A DNA stretch of 64,000 bases from Parcubacteria group bacterium CG10_big_fil_rev_8_21_14_0_10_36_14. GTDB taxonomy: Bacteria; Patescibacteriota; Patescibacteriia; GCA-002772895. The translations under genes and the position numbers were made by a program. The DNA is taken from contig PFCS01000050.1 of the NCBI GenBank assembly GCA_002772895.1, positions 6,728 through 70,727 of the forward strand. Reading direction: 5' to 3'. Positions 29,638 to 39,328 of this stretch are shown in pieces; positions within the stretch are counted from its first letter, which is position 1; every line of letters starts with the position of its first letter. The notes beneath the pieces were generated by a model. It ran no database searches, had not been told where the DNA came from, and worked only from the letters and a program-made list of their open reading frames with translations.

Positions 29638-30342
29638 TTATTTTTTTTGTTGCATTAAAAATTCCGCGAACTCAAAATCAATTGGTGCGTTTATATCAAC
29701 AGAACGCTCTTCTGACATAATATAAGCACGACTGTCCTTACCAAATAAATCTCCTCGCATTATTAAATCTGTTCGCGTCAAATAAATAGCGCAATTTCTT
29801 TTATAAACGTTTTTTAATGATTGACGAGATGCGCTTTTGTTTCCTTCGTCTTCCATTAAAGGAAAAATTTTATCGCCATCTAAAACCTTCAATTTTGCAA
29901 TCGACATATCTTCCATTTTTTTCATTCCCATAACAGAATCCGCGTCCGTTTCAACTATTTTTTCTATTGACATGTCAATATCTTCTGCTGTGCGAAGTGG
30001 ACTTGTAGGCTGTAAAATCATTACATAATCAAAGGTTCTATCTTCATTTTCTTGGAGCCATTTTACAACGTGCTGAATTACAGGAATGCTTTTTGCATTG
30101 TCGGTCGCCAATTCATCAGGTCTCATAAATGGCACAAGCGCACCATATTCGCGCGAAATTCCAGCAATCTCACTATCGTCGGTTGAAACCAAAAAATAAT
30201 CCAAACATTTGCTATTTTTAGCCGCCTCTATCGTATAGGCAATAAGCGGTTTTCCCGCCAACTCTTTTATATTTTTCCGTGGTATTCCTTTAGACCCTCC
30301 ACGTGCTGTAATTACAGCTAAAATTGTCTTATTTTTGAACAT
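29638..30342 (-). CDS. neuA: CMP-nonulosonate cytidylyltransferase, second copy
   Basis: ITARGGSKGIPRKN, PFMRP, LQPTSPLR, SVDIN. Confidence 0.92.
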   Translation of the reverse strand: MFKNKTILAVITARGGSKGIPRKNIKELAGKPLIAYTIEAAKNSKCLDYFLVSTDDSEIAGISREYGALVPFMRPDELATDNAKSIPVIQHVVKWLQENEDRTFDYVMILQPTSPLRTAEDIDMSIEKIVETDADSVMGMKKMEDMSIAKLKVLDGDKIFPLMEDEGNKSASRQSLKNVYKRNCAIYLTRTDLIMRGDLFGKDSRAYIMSEERSVDINAPIDFEFAEFLMQQKK

Positions 30343-30399
30343 ATTATAATAATGTAGTATTCATATGATATTCTTATAAAATACACTAATCTGACCAAT

Positions 30400-30428
30400 T
30401 TGACAAGAAATTTATATAGGTGTAAATT
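30400..30428 (+). promoter_or_regulatory. Sigma70-type promoter for the second neuC
   Basis: TTGACA-17 bp-TAAATT. Confidence 0.65.
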
Positions 30429-30454
30429 TATATTATATAATAACATCAAAAATT

Positions 30455-31648
30455 ATGCAAAATAAGCGAAAAATTGCCGTTTTAATCATCAACCGAGCCA
30501 ATTATGGCCGCCTAAAACCGGTGTTAAGAGCAATTCAAGAACATCCGGACTTAGAATTGCAATTAATAGTCGGCTCATCAATGTTGCTTTACAGATTTGG
30601 AAATGACATTGATTATATTGAGCGAGACGGCTTTAAAATTTCAGCTAAATTCAACATGATTATTGAAGGTGGCACACCAACAACAATGGCCCAATCTGCC
30701 GGTTTAGGGCTTATGAATTTGCCAACTATCCTAGAACAACTTAATCCTGATATTTTTTTAGTTAATGCAGACCGATTTGAAATTCTGCCAGCCGCTATTG
30801 CCGCCGCATATATGAACATCACCTTAGCACATACTTTGGGCGGAGAAATAACCGGCACAATTGACGAATCTGTGCGCCATGCGGTTACAAAACTGGCGCA
30901 TATTCATTTCGCTGCGCATAAACCGGCGGCAGAAAGAATTGCCAGCATGGGCGAAGATCCAAATAATATATTTATAGTCGGAAACCCTTCTTTGGATATT
31001 GCAAAAACAATCTCTGAAAAAATAAATATTGAAAAGTTTATAGATATTAGTCGAGGTACAGGATCCCCAATAGATTTTTCTAAACCATATATTCTTTGCT
31101 ATCAACATCCAGTAACTACCGAATATCAAGATGCATATAAACAAATTATTACTACTCTTGAAGCGTTGAGAAATATAAATATACAAACAATCATGCTTTG
31201 GCCAAATCCTGACGCCGGTACAGATATGCTTTCAAAAGGAATTAGAGTATTTAGAGAAAAAAATCCGGAATCACTAATCCACTTTTACAGAAGCTTTGCC
31301 AATGAAGATTATTTGAGCTTAATAAAAAACGCCTCCTGCATTGTCGGTAACTCATCATCAGCAATAATGGAAGGCGGATTTTTCGGTACACCCGCAGTAA
31401 ATATCGGCACCCGTCAGCAAGGACGCGAGAAATGTATCAACGTTGTAAATACAGGATATAGTAGAGAAGAAATAGAAAACGCCATAAAAGGACAGCTGGC
31501 ATACGGAAAATATAATCCCGATTATTTTTTCGGCGACGGACAGAGCGCCAAGCGTATTGCCGAAATTCTAGCAAACCATAACGTCCAGATACAAAAACAA
31601 TTTAATAAAGAAAAGGGCTTTCACTTGATAAAAAACTATATTAATTAA
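30455..31648 (+). CDS. neuC: UDP-N-acetylglucosamine 2-epimerase (hydrolysing), second copy
   Basis: NRANYG, ADRFE, GGEITGTIDESVRHA, HPVT, WPNPDAG, GNSSS. Confidence 0.92.
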   Translation: MQNKRKIAVLIINRANYGRLKPVLRAIQEHPDLELQLIVGSSMLLYRFGNDIDYIERDGFKISAKFNMIIEGGTPTTMAQSAGLGLMNLPTILEQLNPDIFLVNADRFEILPAAIAAAYMNITLAHTLGGEITGTIDESVRHAVTKLAHIHFAAHKPAAERIASMGEDPNNIFIVGNPSLDIAKTISEKINIEKFIDISRGTGSPIDFSKPYILCYQHPVTTEYQDAYKQIITTLEALRNINIQTIMLWPNPDAGTDMLSKGIRVFREKNPESLIHFYRSFANEDYLSLIKNASCIVGNSSSAIMEGGFFGTPAVNIGTRQQGREKCINVVNTGYSREEIENAIKGQLAYGKYNPDYFFGDGQSAKRIAEILANHNVQIQKQFNKEKGFHLIKNYIN

Positions 31649-31677
31649 AACATCCTGCGATATCGCAGGATGTTTTA
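31646..31677. terminator. Bidirectional terminator / perfect 32-bp palindrome
   Basis: TAAAACATCCTGCGAT|ATCGCAGGATGTTTTA between convergent stop codons. Confidence 0.85.
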
Positions 31678-32625
31678 TAATATTTTTTTCACTTTCTCAG
31701 CAATGAAAATTTCCGTATTTTTCATTGAGTCATAAGTTGCACCACCGATGTGCGGAACAATTATTAGATTATTATGCGACTTAGTATATTCAAGAAGCAA
31801 ATTACCTTTTAAAAATTCTCCACCAGCGGTTTCTTCTGCCATAACATCAAGCCCTGCTCCGGCAATTTTCTTGGCCTTTAAGGCATTTAAAAGCGCGCTT
31901 TCATTTATAATTTTTCCCCGCGAAGTGTTTACTAGATATGCGCTTTCTTTCATCATCTTAAATTCCCGTTCACCTATTAAATCAACCGTCTCTTCATCCA
32001 AAGGCACATGCACGCTAATAAAATCAGCCCGCGACAGAAGCTCTTCAAAAATTGCTGACTCTGCCGCGCCACGCTCAATTTCCTCTTGGTTAACATACGG
32101 ATCATAGGCAACAACATTCATAAAAAACGCATTTCCATATTGAGCAATAATTTTTCCTAGCCGTCCAAAACCAATTATTCCTAAAGTTTTACCACGCAGC
32201 TCTATACCCTTAAAACTATCACGGTCCCAATTTTCTTTTTTCACCGACTCATATGCATCAGGTATATGCCGGATTAAAGCCAAGAACAGTCCCCAAGACA
32301 ATTCTGCAGTAGCTGTTATTGTATTTAAAAATTCCGTCTCCCCCTTTAAGCTTGCAACTTGCACGCCATGCTTCCCTGCCTCTTTCATATCAATATGGTC
32401 CAGCCCGGTTGTCGGACAAGCAATAATTTTTAAATCTTCCGCTGCATCTAAAATCTCTTTATCAATTTTATGTTCTAAACGGATAACTAAAATATCAGCG
32501 TCTTTTACGCCTGCCAGTAATTCACCTCGCGATAATTTCTTTTCTGCAAAAACATCTCCCACCTCTTGATAAATTGCAAGCGCCTCCTTACTGTAATCGC
32601 CGGGTTCACTAATTAAAATTTTCAT
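31675..32625 (-). CDS. D-isomer-specific 2-hydroxyacid dehydrogenase (SerA-like)
   Basis: GLDHID, GIIGFGRLG, NTSRG, GLDV, PHIGG. Confidence 0.9.
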   Translation of the reverse strand: MKILISEPGDYSKEALAIYQEVGDVFAEKKLSRGELLAGVKDADILVIRLEHKIDKEILDAAEDLKIIACPTTGLDHIDMKEAGKHGVQVASLKGETEFLNTITATAELSWGLFLALIRHIPDAYESVKKENWDRDSFKGIELRGKTLGIIGFGRLGKIIAQYGNAFFMNVVAYDPYVNQEEIERGAAESAIFEELLSRADFISVHVPLDEETVDLIGEREFKMMKESAYLVNTSRGKIINESALLNALKAKKIAGAGLDVMAEETAGGEFLKGNLLLEYTKSHNNLIIVPHIGGATYDSMKNTEIFIAEKVKKIL

Positions 32626-35303
32626 AAGTTTGTAATTTTAGACAAAACGTCAGTCGCTATATCCTGACCATTATTTTCAAAAGTATTCTTTCCAAGCTTT
32701 GGAAATCCTCCGCCAAAAAATTCTTTCTTCTGATAGACGGATATTCCCGTCTGGTTGCCGGAAATTATATTGTCATATATTTTTGGTTCAGACAAGTCTT
32801 TCACAGCAATACCCATAACGCATCCATTAAGCTTATTACTAAAAATATCCGGATTAGAGTTTTCTCCCAAACTGATGCATTTATCGCCTGAACTTTTTAC
32901 TTCATTATTCGATATTTCCACGCTGGAACCGGAAATATCAATTCCGTCATTACCGTTACCATCAAAAATGTTGTCATAGATCTTACCACTTATAAAATCG
33001 CCGTCCAAACCGTCAAATCCATTTTTATAAAAATAAGAGTCCACTATTTCTACTTTTGCATTTTTAACATTCAATCCGTCATCCCCGCCGGCATATTTAA
33101 ATTGACAATTTTTTATTGAGATATCCGAACTGTGGCTTGCCAGGGCACCGGAAAAATGAATTCCATTTACGCGAGTATCCCCGCCATATTCAAATTCAAC
33201 ATATTCAAATTCACTCTTCTCCGGCACATCCACTATGCCAAAATTTCCCCAATAATCGTTGGAGTTCGCCGATAAAAATTTAATCGGATAGTCCTTACTT
33301 CCTTTAGCAATAACTGGGCTATAAGAACCGATTGATACTCCTTTTGCCATATAAAAAATTGCACCCGGCTCTATTTTTAGATGAATCCCCTTCGGGACTA
33401 TTAGCGTTTTATTAATATAATACGTACCCGCCGAAACATATGCGTCTCCATTTCCCGTAGCTTTAAACGAAGGATTTTTAGATATAAACTCATTAAGAGA
33501 TAGGTTGATATCATCTAAATTATTAAAATTACTATTATCTATATAAATTACTTCCGAACCCACTTTTTTACCGGTTAAAGAATTATCCAGCTCCATGTCA
33601 ACCGCAAAATCATCCGAATAAAATCCGGTTCCAATGCCTGCGGTAAAAAATATTTTATGGGTTACAGGCTGTAGAATAAAGCCTGTTCTTACATATTCAT
33701 CGTCATACTTATCAGCAGGAGGAACAAGTTTGGAAGATAGCACTATTTTCTGTTCTCCAAATTTAGCTTCTCCGTCCTTGTTAACAGTGTCTTTTTCTAA
33801 AAGAATATCGGCCGAGGTTAATTTTCCATCCATATCGCTGTCATAATAAGCGCTTACCAGAAAACCAGGAACAAGCCCGCTTATTTTTATTTCTTTTATC
33901 GTCATATCCACCGCGCTGTTTACCGTTATATCAGCCTCTGCAATTTCATAGTTTAAGAATGAATTTTTGTTATAGATAACCTTTGTAAAGGCTTCCGATT
34001 TTTTAAGATATTCTTTTATGAAATTAAAATTACTTTCTATCAAGCTCCTTGTTTCCTTATAACCCTTGATAAAAGTGCTATTTGAAAAATTCTTTTTCGA
34101 ATCCTTAAAAAATTCAATGCGGACGCTGTTGTATAAATCATCTATAAACTTTAAATCATCTTTAAGATTATCTTTGTCGCTAACATAATCCCAAGCCCTT
34201 TGGTTTATTTCAGTGGCAAAATCTGGAGATTCTAAAACGCGCGTTATAAGAGGATTAAAGAAAAGATAAGGAGAACCGATTGAAGCCAGGTCATTTCCCT
34301 CTGATTGCCAAGTAAAAAATTTAAATTTTCCATTTGTATTATCATAATACAAGTTCATGTTATGTCTCCAGTCCTCATGATTTCCACCAATTAAAAGTGT
34401 GTGCAAATACCACTCCATAAAACTTTTCTTATCTACAATATTAAAAATATTGTCATGAAATTCTTCTTGGTCTGCCTGGTTTACTAAATATGTAAGGCGA
34501 GCAATTGCCACGTAATTATCCGGTCTCTCGCCCGGATCAGCAACTCTTTTATCCCAATAATAAGGATCTTCAAAAATATATTTTTCATTTATATACCTTT
34601 CCGTAAAAAAATCAGTATCTCCAGAAAGTTTGTTTGTTTCCAGAAACTCTTTGCTCCATTGATTTATCTTATAATAAACTCCATATGCCTTGCCATTTAT
34701 CCTAAGCAACACAAAATCGCTGTCCAACACCTTTAATCCAATCTTTTCCGCTCTATAGTTATTGAACGGTTCAAGTAAATCACCGCCCACAATAAGATTT
34801 ATCGCACTCGTCCCTTCAAAAATCGCAGAATCACTAAATCTTATGCGCCATGATTTTTTATCATATCTCCAATGAAAATCAGAATTGCCTCTATATCTTA
34901 CCTCAACATTATAACTCTTACCCCCATATGAAAACTTGGCATTTATATACTTTTGATTTTCCTCAACAAACATCGCACCTTCTTCGGTTGGCAACGAATC
35001 ATTTATTTTCTTCCAATCTTTCTCGTCTATTATCAAATCGTAAACAGGCAGGTCTGGTTTCTTAAAAGAATAAATCAAATACGGCGCATCTTGGATCTTG
35101 CGCACAATTTTATCGGCCCATTTTGAATAAGGTGCTGGAAGTATGCTAAAAAGATATCTTTTTTTAATGCCATAATCATAAAAAAGAGATACAAGCACAA
35201 CCAAAACAATCAGATTGGCCACAAAAAGGCACCTGAAAAATATCTTTCTAAATACAGGGCTTCTTAATTTGTTATTTAATAACTTTATATATCTTAATAT
35301 CAT
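32622..35303 (-). CDS. Membrane-anchored CotH-kinase-like protein with C-terminal right-handed beta-helix #1
   Basis: N-terminal TM; VRYRGNS..KKSWRI, NGKAYGVY, HNMNLYYD; beta-helix repeats DGLNVK, DGLDGD, DGIDISGS, DKCISLGE. Start is 35303 or 35312. Confidence 0.85.
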   Translation of the reverse strand: MILRYIKLLNNKLRSPVFRKIFFRCLFVANLIVLVVLVSLFYDYGIKKRYLFSILPAPYSKWADKIVRKIQDAPYLIYSFKKPDLPVYDLIIDEKDWKKINDSLPTEEGAMFVEENQKYINAKFSYGGKSYNVEVRYRGNSDFHWRYDKKSWRIRFSDSAIFEGTSAINLIVGGDLLEPFNNYRAEKIGLKVLDSDFVLLRINGKAYGVYYKINQWSKEFLETNKLSGDTDFFTERYINEKYIFEDPYYWDKRVADPGERPDNYVAIARLTYLVNQADQEEFHDNIFNIVDKKSFMEWYLHTLLIGGNHEDWRHNMNLYYDNTNGKFKFFTWQSEGNDLASIGSPYLFFNPLITRVLESPDFATEINQRAWDYVSDKDNLKDDLKFIDDLYNSVRIEFFKDSKKNFSNSTFIKGYKETRSLIESNFNFIKEYLKKSEAFTKVIYNKNSFLNYEIAEADITVNSAVDMTIKEIKISGLVPGFLVSAYYDSDMDGKLTSADILLEKDTVNKDGEAKFGEQKIVLSSKLVPPADKYDDEYVRTGFILQPVTHKIFFTAGIGTGFYSDDFAVDMELDNSLTGKKVGSEVIYIDNSNFNNLDDINLSLNEFISKNPSFKATGNGDAYVSAGTYYINKTLIVPKGIHLKIEPGAIFYMAKGVSIGSYSPVIAKGSKDYPIKFLSANSNDYWGNFGIVDVPEKSEFEYVEFEYGGDTRVNGIHFSGALASHSSDISIKNCQFKYAGGDDGLNVKNAKVEIVDSYFYKNGFDGLDGDFISGKIYDNIFDGNGNDGIDISGSSVEISNNEVKSSGDKCISLGENSNPDIFSNKLNGCVMGIAVKDLSEPKIYDNIISGNQTGISVYQKKEFFGGGFPKLGKNTFENNGQDIATDVLSKITNL

Positions 35304-37104
35304 CTGAATCATATACTTTTATTAACCAGTCTTCGCCTTCCAGACTGCTATTTTTTATAAAATCATAAATGCCTTCACTTTTATAGGCACCAAAATACAA
35401 ATAATCAATCTTATATTTATTGATCAAATAATGGATATTGCGCGGATACGCCATATACAATTTCGATATGTCGCCAAGCTTTTCCGCAATAAGCTTTTCT
35501 GCTGTTTTCTCATATTCTGGATCTTTTTTGAATTGGCTACCAATTCTTGTATCACTAAAATAATCTCCAAATAAATACAGCGAATCTTTATTTATTATCC
35601 CATCAAAAACATCTTGCGAAACATTAAACAGCTTATGGACAATAATCCACCGGTCATAAAGCTCTTCGGAAGATCCAGGAAACATCATTGGGTCTCCGTA
35701 CATTACTTTGCCAGAAGTATATACGGGCACCAAAAAATTTATAAAAAGCGACGGAGAAACAACGACCGCATCTTTTTCTATATTTTTATCCATCCATTCC
35801 AGCGAATTACTAATATTTTTAGGGATAGTATGAGCCGGATAATCCATTATCCCCCTATATATATTTACATGAACTGCGCGTGCTGTTATTATAAGCGCCA
35901 ACAAAATAAAACATCCGGTCACAATCTTTCGCCTCGTCGGATATTTCGCTTCCAACCACTTATATAAAGTATAGGCAAAGGCTATCCAAGCCAAAGCAAA
36001 TCCGTAATAAAATTGATGGTAATACCAATTTGTAGCAAAAGGCGAATATCCTCCAAAAAGCTGGATATTAAGCAGGAATATTGGCGCCAATGCAAAGCCT
36101 ATTAAATATATGGCAGTCTTTTTTTCTTTTATTGTTTTCCAAATAAGCAAAGCAAAAGCAACATACAGTAGATATTCGAAAACATGCCGTCCCAAGCGGA
36201 GCGTCCTGCCAAATTCGCCCCCTAAACGCAAGAATATGTCCGTTGACCACGGAAGGGACTTAAGAGCAAAGAAATTAAAGAAAAATAGCGATGAAATCAG
36301 CATGGCCAGCATTAAAATCCAAAAAATTCTTTTTGCCACCAAATGGTCTTTAAATAATAAAAATAATATCATCATTATCCCCAAAGCAGTCCAAATGTAC
36401 ATAGCGCTTGTTGGAAAAAAATAAACGAGCAAACCACTAAATATTCCGGCTAAGGCTATATACAACTTCTTTCCTTTTGTTATGGCTAAATATGTAAAAA
36501 GAAAGGTTAGAGAAAAAGGAATAAGCCCCGGCAATACCGATACGCTGTCATATTTATTCGTAAGGATGTGGATTGGCGGGCTACCCAAAAAAGTCAGCGT
36601 TCTTACAGAAATCTTTATCTGCTCCAATGTAATGGGAAATATCAGATAAAAAATATTTGCGGCTGAAGTAAAAACAAGAGAAGAAAAAATGCTAAAATAT
36701 CGGTTGCCGGTTATATTTTTTATAATCAAATAAAAAATTAAAAAGGTAAAAAAACCCACAATAAAATATCCCACCAAATAAAGATACTGCAGGGAGCCAA
36801 ATAGAGCAACCAGAGGAAAAAGAAGCCATGCATTATAATATGTACTCCAAAGCGCAGGCGCGTGCATATACTCATATGTTGCGCCGTCAGACCCCAGCCA
36901 ATGCCCATCCAAAAGATCCCTTATTTGCGGAGCAATAAAAGTGATTGGATCAGGCGCTCCTGGCACAAAATCACTATAAGGTAAACCATATTCTTTCAAT
37001 TTGAAAAAAGCTGACGCTTTAGTTAAATCAAAAATACAACCCGCAACTATGGCGGATAATAATACTGCTACTATAAGTAATGTCTTTTTCTTTTTTTTAT
37101 CCAT
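35272..37104 (-). CDS. Multi-pass membrane protein, GT-C-like (possible glycosyltransferase or polymerase)
   Basis: About 11 TM segments; extracytoplasmic C-terminal domain with LEWMDKN and KYKIDYLY...IYKV, as seen in GT-C/STT3-like proteins. Confidence 0.55.
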   Translation of the reverse strand: MDKKKKKTLLIVAVLLSAIVAGCIFDLTKASAFFKLKEYGLPYSDFVPGAPDPITFIAPQIRDLLDGHWLGSDGATYEYMHAPALWSTYYNAWLLFPLVALFGSLQYLYLVGYFIVGFFTFLIFYLIIKNITGNRYFSIFSSLVFTSAANIFYLIFPITLEQIKISVRTLTFLGSPPIHILTNKYDSVSVLPGLIPFSLTFLFTYLAITKGKKLYIALAGIFSGLLVYFFPTSAMYIWTALGIMMILFLLFKDHLVAKRIFWILMLAMLISSLFFFNFFALKSLPWSTDIFLRLGGEFGRTLRLGRHVFEYLLYVAFALLIWKTIKEKKTAIYLIGFALAPIFLLNIQLFGGYSPFATNWYYHQFYYGFALAWIAFAYTLYKWLEAKYPTRRKIVTGCFILLALIITARAVHVNIYRGIMDYPAHTIPKNISNSLEWMDKNIEKDAVVVSPSLFINFLVPVYTSGKVMYGDPMMFPGSSEELYDRWIIVHKLFNVSQDVFDGIINKDSLYLFGDYFSDTRIGSQFKKDPEYEKTAEKLIAEKLGDISKLYMAYPRNIHYLINKYKIDYLYFGAYKSEGIYDFIKNSSLEGEDWLIKVYDSDDIKIYKVIK

Positions 37105-37110
37105 ACTGCT

Positions 37111-38520
37111 CTACTTTGTTGGGCGCAAATAATTAAAAACTCGCTTTAATATAAGCTTCAAATGCGCGGGCGATCTTAAATCCCGTAAAACGTTAAAAAC
37201 AATTCTTGGCCTTAACCAAAACCCCAAAAAAATCTTCCTATGCCATTTTTTTAAAGTTTCTCTACTAATACCCTTTGGACAAACAGTAATATTATCAAAG
37301 CGTATCTTGTCCCAATCAACGCCATCAATCCGCCCACTTTCTTTGAGCCATGTATACATTTCCGATCCTGGGAGTGGAAGATAAAAATTAAACCCAGCCC
37401 TATCCAGCATAAGCTTTCTAGAAAATTCATAAGTTTGCCTCAAATCATCCTCATTTTCCTCGGGATAACCGATTATAAAAGCACCACCAGTCCTAAATCC
37501 CATTTTTCTAATGGCTTTTATTCTTTCTTCAACCATTTCTTTTTTTATGTGCTTATTCATATGGTCCATAATCCTCTGGGAACCAGACTCAATTCCTACA
37601 TGAATTGCATAAAACCCAGCTTTTTTCATTAATTTCAAAAGCTCGTCATCCAGCGTGTCCAAGCGAAGACCATTTGCACCAAAAAGCGAAATATTAAAAT
37701 TATTAGCCACTATTTTCTCAAGTACCTCTACTGCACGCGCCCTATGGGCTGTAAAATTATCATCCATAATATGAAATTCCTTGATACCATATTTTTCTAT
37801 CGCCCATTTCATTTCCTCTATAATATTATCCGCGCTTCTCATCCTCATATTTCTACCAACCACCGACTTTGAGGCGCAAAAAGTACAATTATAAGGGCAT
37901 CCTCGCGAAGTTACCAAATAGCCGATAGGGAGCTGTTTAAAGAAACTTCCGGCTGGTGCCTCGGGATATTCACCGGGTGGCATAAAGTCCCACGCCGGAA
38001 ACGGAAGACTATCTAGGTCTTCTTCAAAATAAACGGGATTAAAAAAAACTTCCCCTTCGCTTCTATAAACAAGTCCGGGAATATGGCTTAGGGGTATGTC
38101 TTTATTTTGAAATAATTTTTCAAGGAGCATCTTTAGACCTTTTTCTCCTTCACCCTTAAAAGCAAAGTCAATTTTATCAAAGTAGCCCATCAATTCTTTT
38201 GAATCTATAGCTGAAGCATGCGGACCACCAATTACCACAAGGACTTCTGGATTAGCTTCTTTTGCTACATTAATTTGCTCTTTTACTATTTTTATATTGT
38301 TTGAATACACCGTAACCCCTATGACATCCGGCTTTTTTTCCAAAACATATTCTTTAAATTTTTCTGGCGATACTTGTTTTAGGGTACAATCAAGAATTTC
38401 AATATTACTCCATCCATCTTTTCTTAAATATGAAGCAAGATAGCCCAAAGAAAGAGGCGGAGTTATTGCATAACCAAGAGTGCTAAAGGGTTTAACAAAT
38501 AAAATTTTCTGCTCTTTCAT
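37111..38520 (-). CDS. Cobalamin-binding radical SAM protein #2
   Basis: PPLSLGYLAS, GGPHA, GEGE, SRGCPYNCTFC, DDNF, GIESGS. Confidence 0.93.
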   Translation of the reverse strand: MKEQKILFVKPFSTLGYAITPPLSLGYLASYLRKDGWSNIEILDCTLKQVSPEKFKEYVLEKKPDVIGVTVYSNNIKIVKEQINVAKEANPEVLVVIGGPHASAIDSKELMGYFDKIDFAFKGEGEKGLKMLLEKLFQNKDIPLSHIPGLVYRSEGEVFFNPVYFEEDLDSLPFPAWDFMPPGEYPEAPAGSFFKQLPIGYLVTSRGCPYNCTFCASKSVVGRNMRMRSADNIIEEMKWAIEKYGIKEFHIMDDNFTAHRARAVEVLEKIVANNFNISLFGANGLRLDTLDDELLKLMKKAGFYAIHVGIESGSQRIMDHMNKHIKKEMVEERIKAIRKMGFRTGGAFIIGYPEENEDDLRQTYEFSRKLMLDRAGFNFYLPLPGSEMYTWLKESGRIDGVDWDKIRFDNITVCPKGISRETLKKWHRKIFLGFWLRPRIVFNVLRDLRSPAHLKLILKRVFNYLRPTK

Positions 38521-38529
38521 AAAAAATCA

Positions 38530-39258
38530 TTACTTTTTAAATTTATTTATTACCATTCCGTACTCTTTTAGAGTTTTAATTAAATTCATCTTACTCTTCC
38601 CTTTTTTTAATCCGTAATTATAAACAAGAGGGCATTCATCAATTTTCTTAACAAATTTTCTTAATTTTAATAAAATCTCTAAATTGGCCGCAAAAGAATT
38701 TGTAGTAATAAAATTATTCCCATAAAATGCCAATGCTTTTTTTAGAATTTCTGCCCGATACGCGCGATAAAAAATAGAATAGTCCGTCACATTTGGCAAG
38801 TGGACCAATAACTTGACAATACTATTTACTACATTGCTACCAATGGTGCGGTACAACGGAAAGTTTTTATAACTTCCGCCCGCTATGTAGCGGGAACCTA
38901 TAACTATATCGCTTCCTAAATTTATTTTTTCTATCATCTCAGGCATTAAGGAAAGCTTACTCGTATTATCCGCTTCCATAATCAAAACGATATCGTCGTC
39001 CTCCGCATTAACACAAGCCGCCGTAATACCATCAAAAAAAGTCCTTGGTACGCCCAAATTTTTAGCGTGAACAAGAATTTCTAAATCCATCTGATTTTTA
39101 AAATTCATTGCTAGTTCTTTTGTTTTATCCGTGCTTCCATCGTCAACTAAAATTACTTTTTTATCAAAAATTAATTTTATATTCTTAATGCTAGACAATA
39201 AATCAACGACATTCTCGTCCTCATTATAGGCAGGGATAATTATAAATATTTTTTTCAT
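38530..39258 (-). CDS. Polyprenol-phosphate glycosyltransferase-like GT2
   Basis: IPAYNE, VDDGSTD, MEADN, GSRY. Confidence 0.88.
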   Translation of the reverse strand: MKKIFIIIPAYNEDENVVDLLSSIKNIKLIFDKKVILVDDGSTDKTKELAMNFKNQMDLEILVHAKNLGVPRTFFDGITAACVNAEDDDIVLIMEADNTSKLSLMPEMIEKINLGSDIVIGSRYIAGGSYKNFPLYRTIGSNVVNSIVKLLVHLPNVTDYSIFYRAYRAEILKKALAFYGNNFITTNSFAANLEILLKLRKFVKKIDECPLVYNYGLKKGKSKMNLIKTLKEYGMVINKFKK

Positions 39259-39328
39259 ACTAAATAATCAAAATTAAATTTTTCACTCGCACCTTGACAA
39301 TATGGCAACAAAATGTCTAATTCGGTTG

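Noticed and set aside
35272-35312. Overlap of the GT-C-like gene and cotH-1 read as a frameshifted fusion
   Set aside because: The upstream protein ends in a natural-looking IYKVIK terminus, and cotH-1 has its own ATG and N-terminal TM like its paralog.
39294-39322. TTGACA on the plus strand as an antisense promoter or a fourth copy of the palindrome
   Set aside because: The -10 match is poor (TCTAAT/CTAATT) and the half-site spacing differs (N5).
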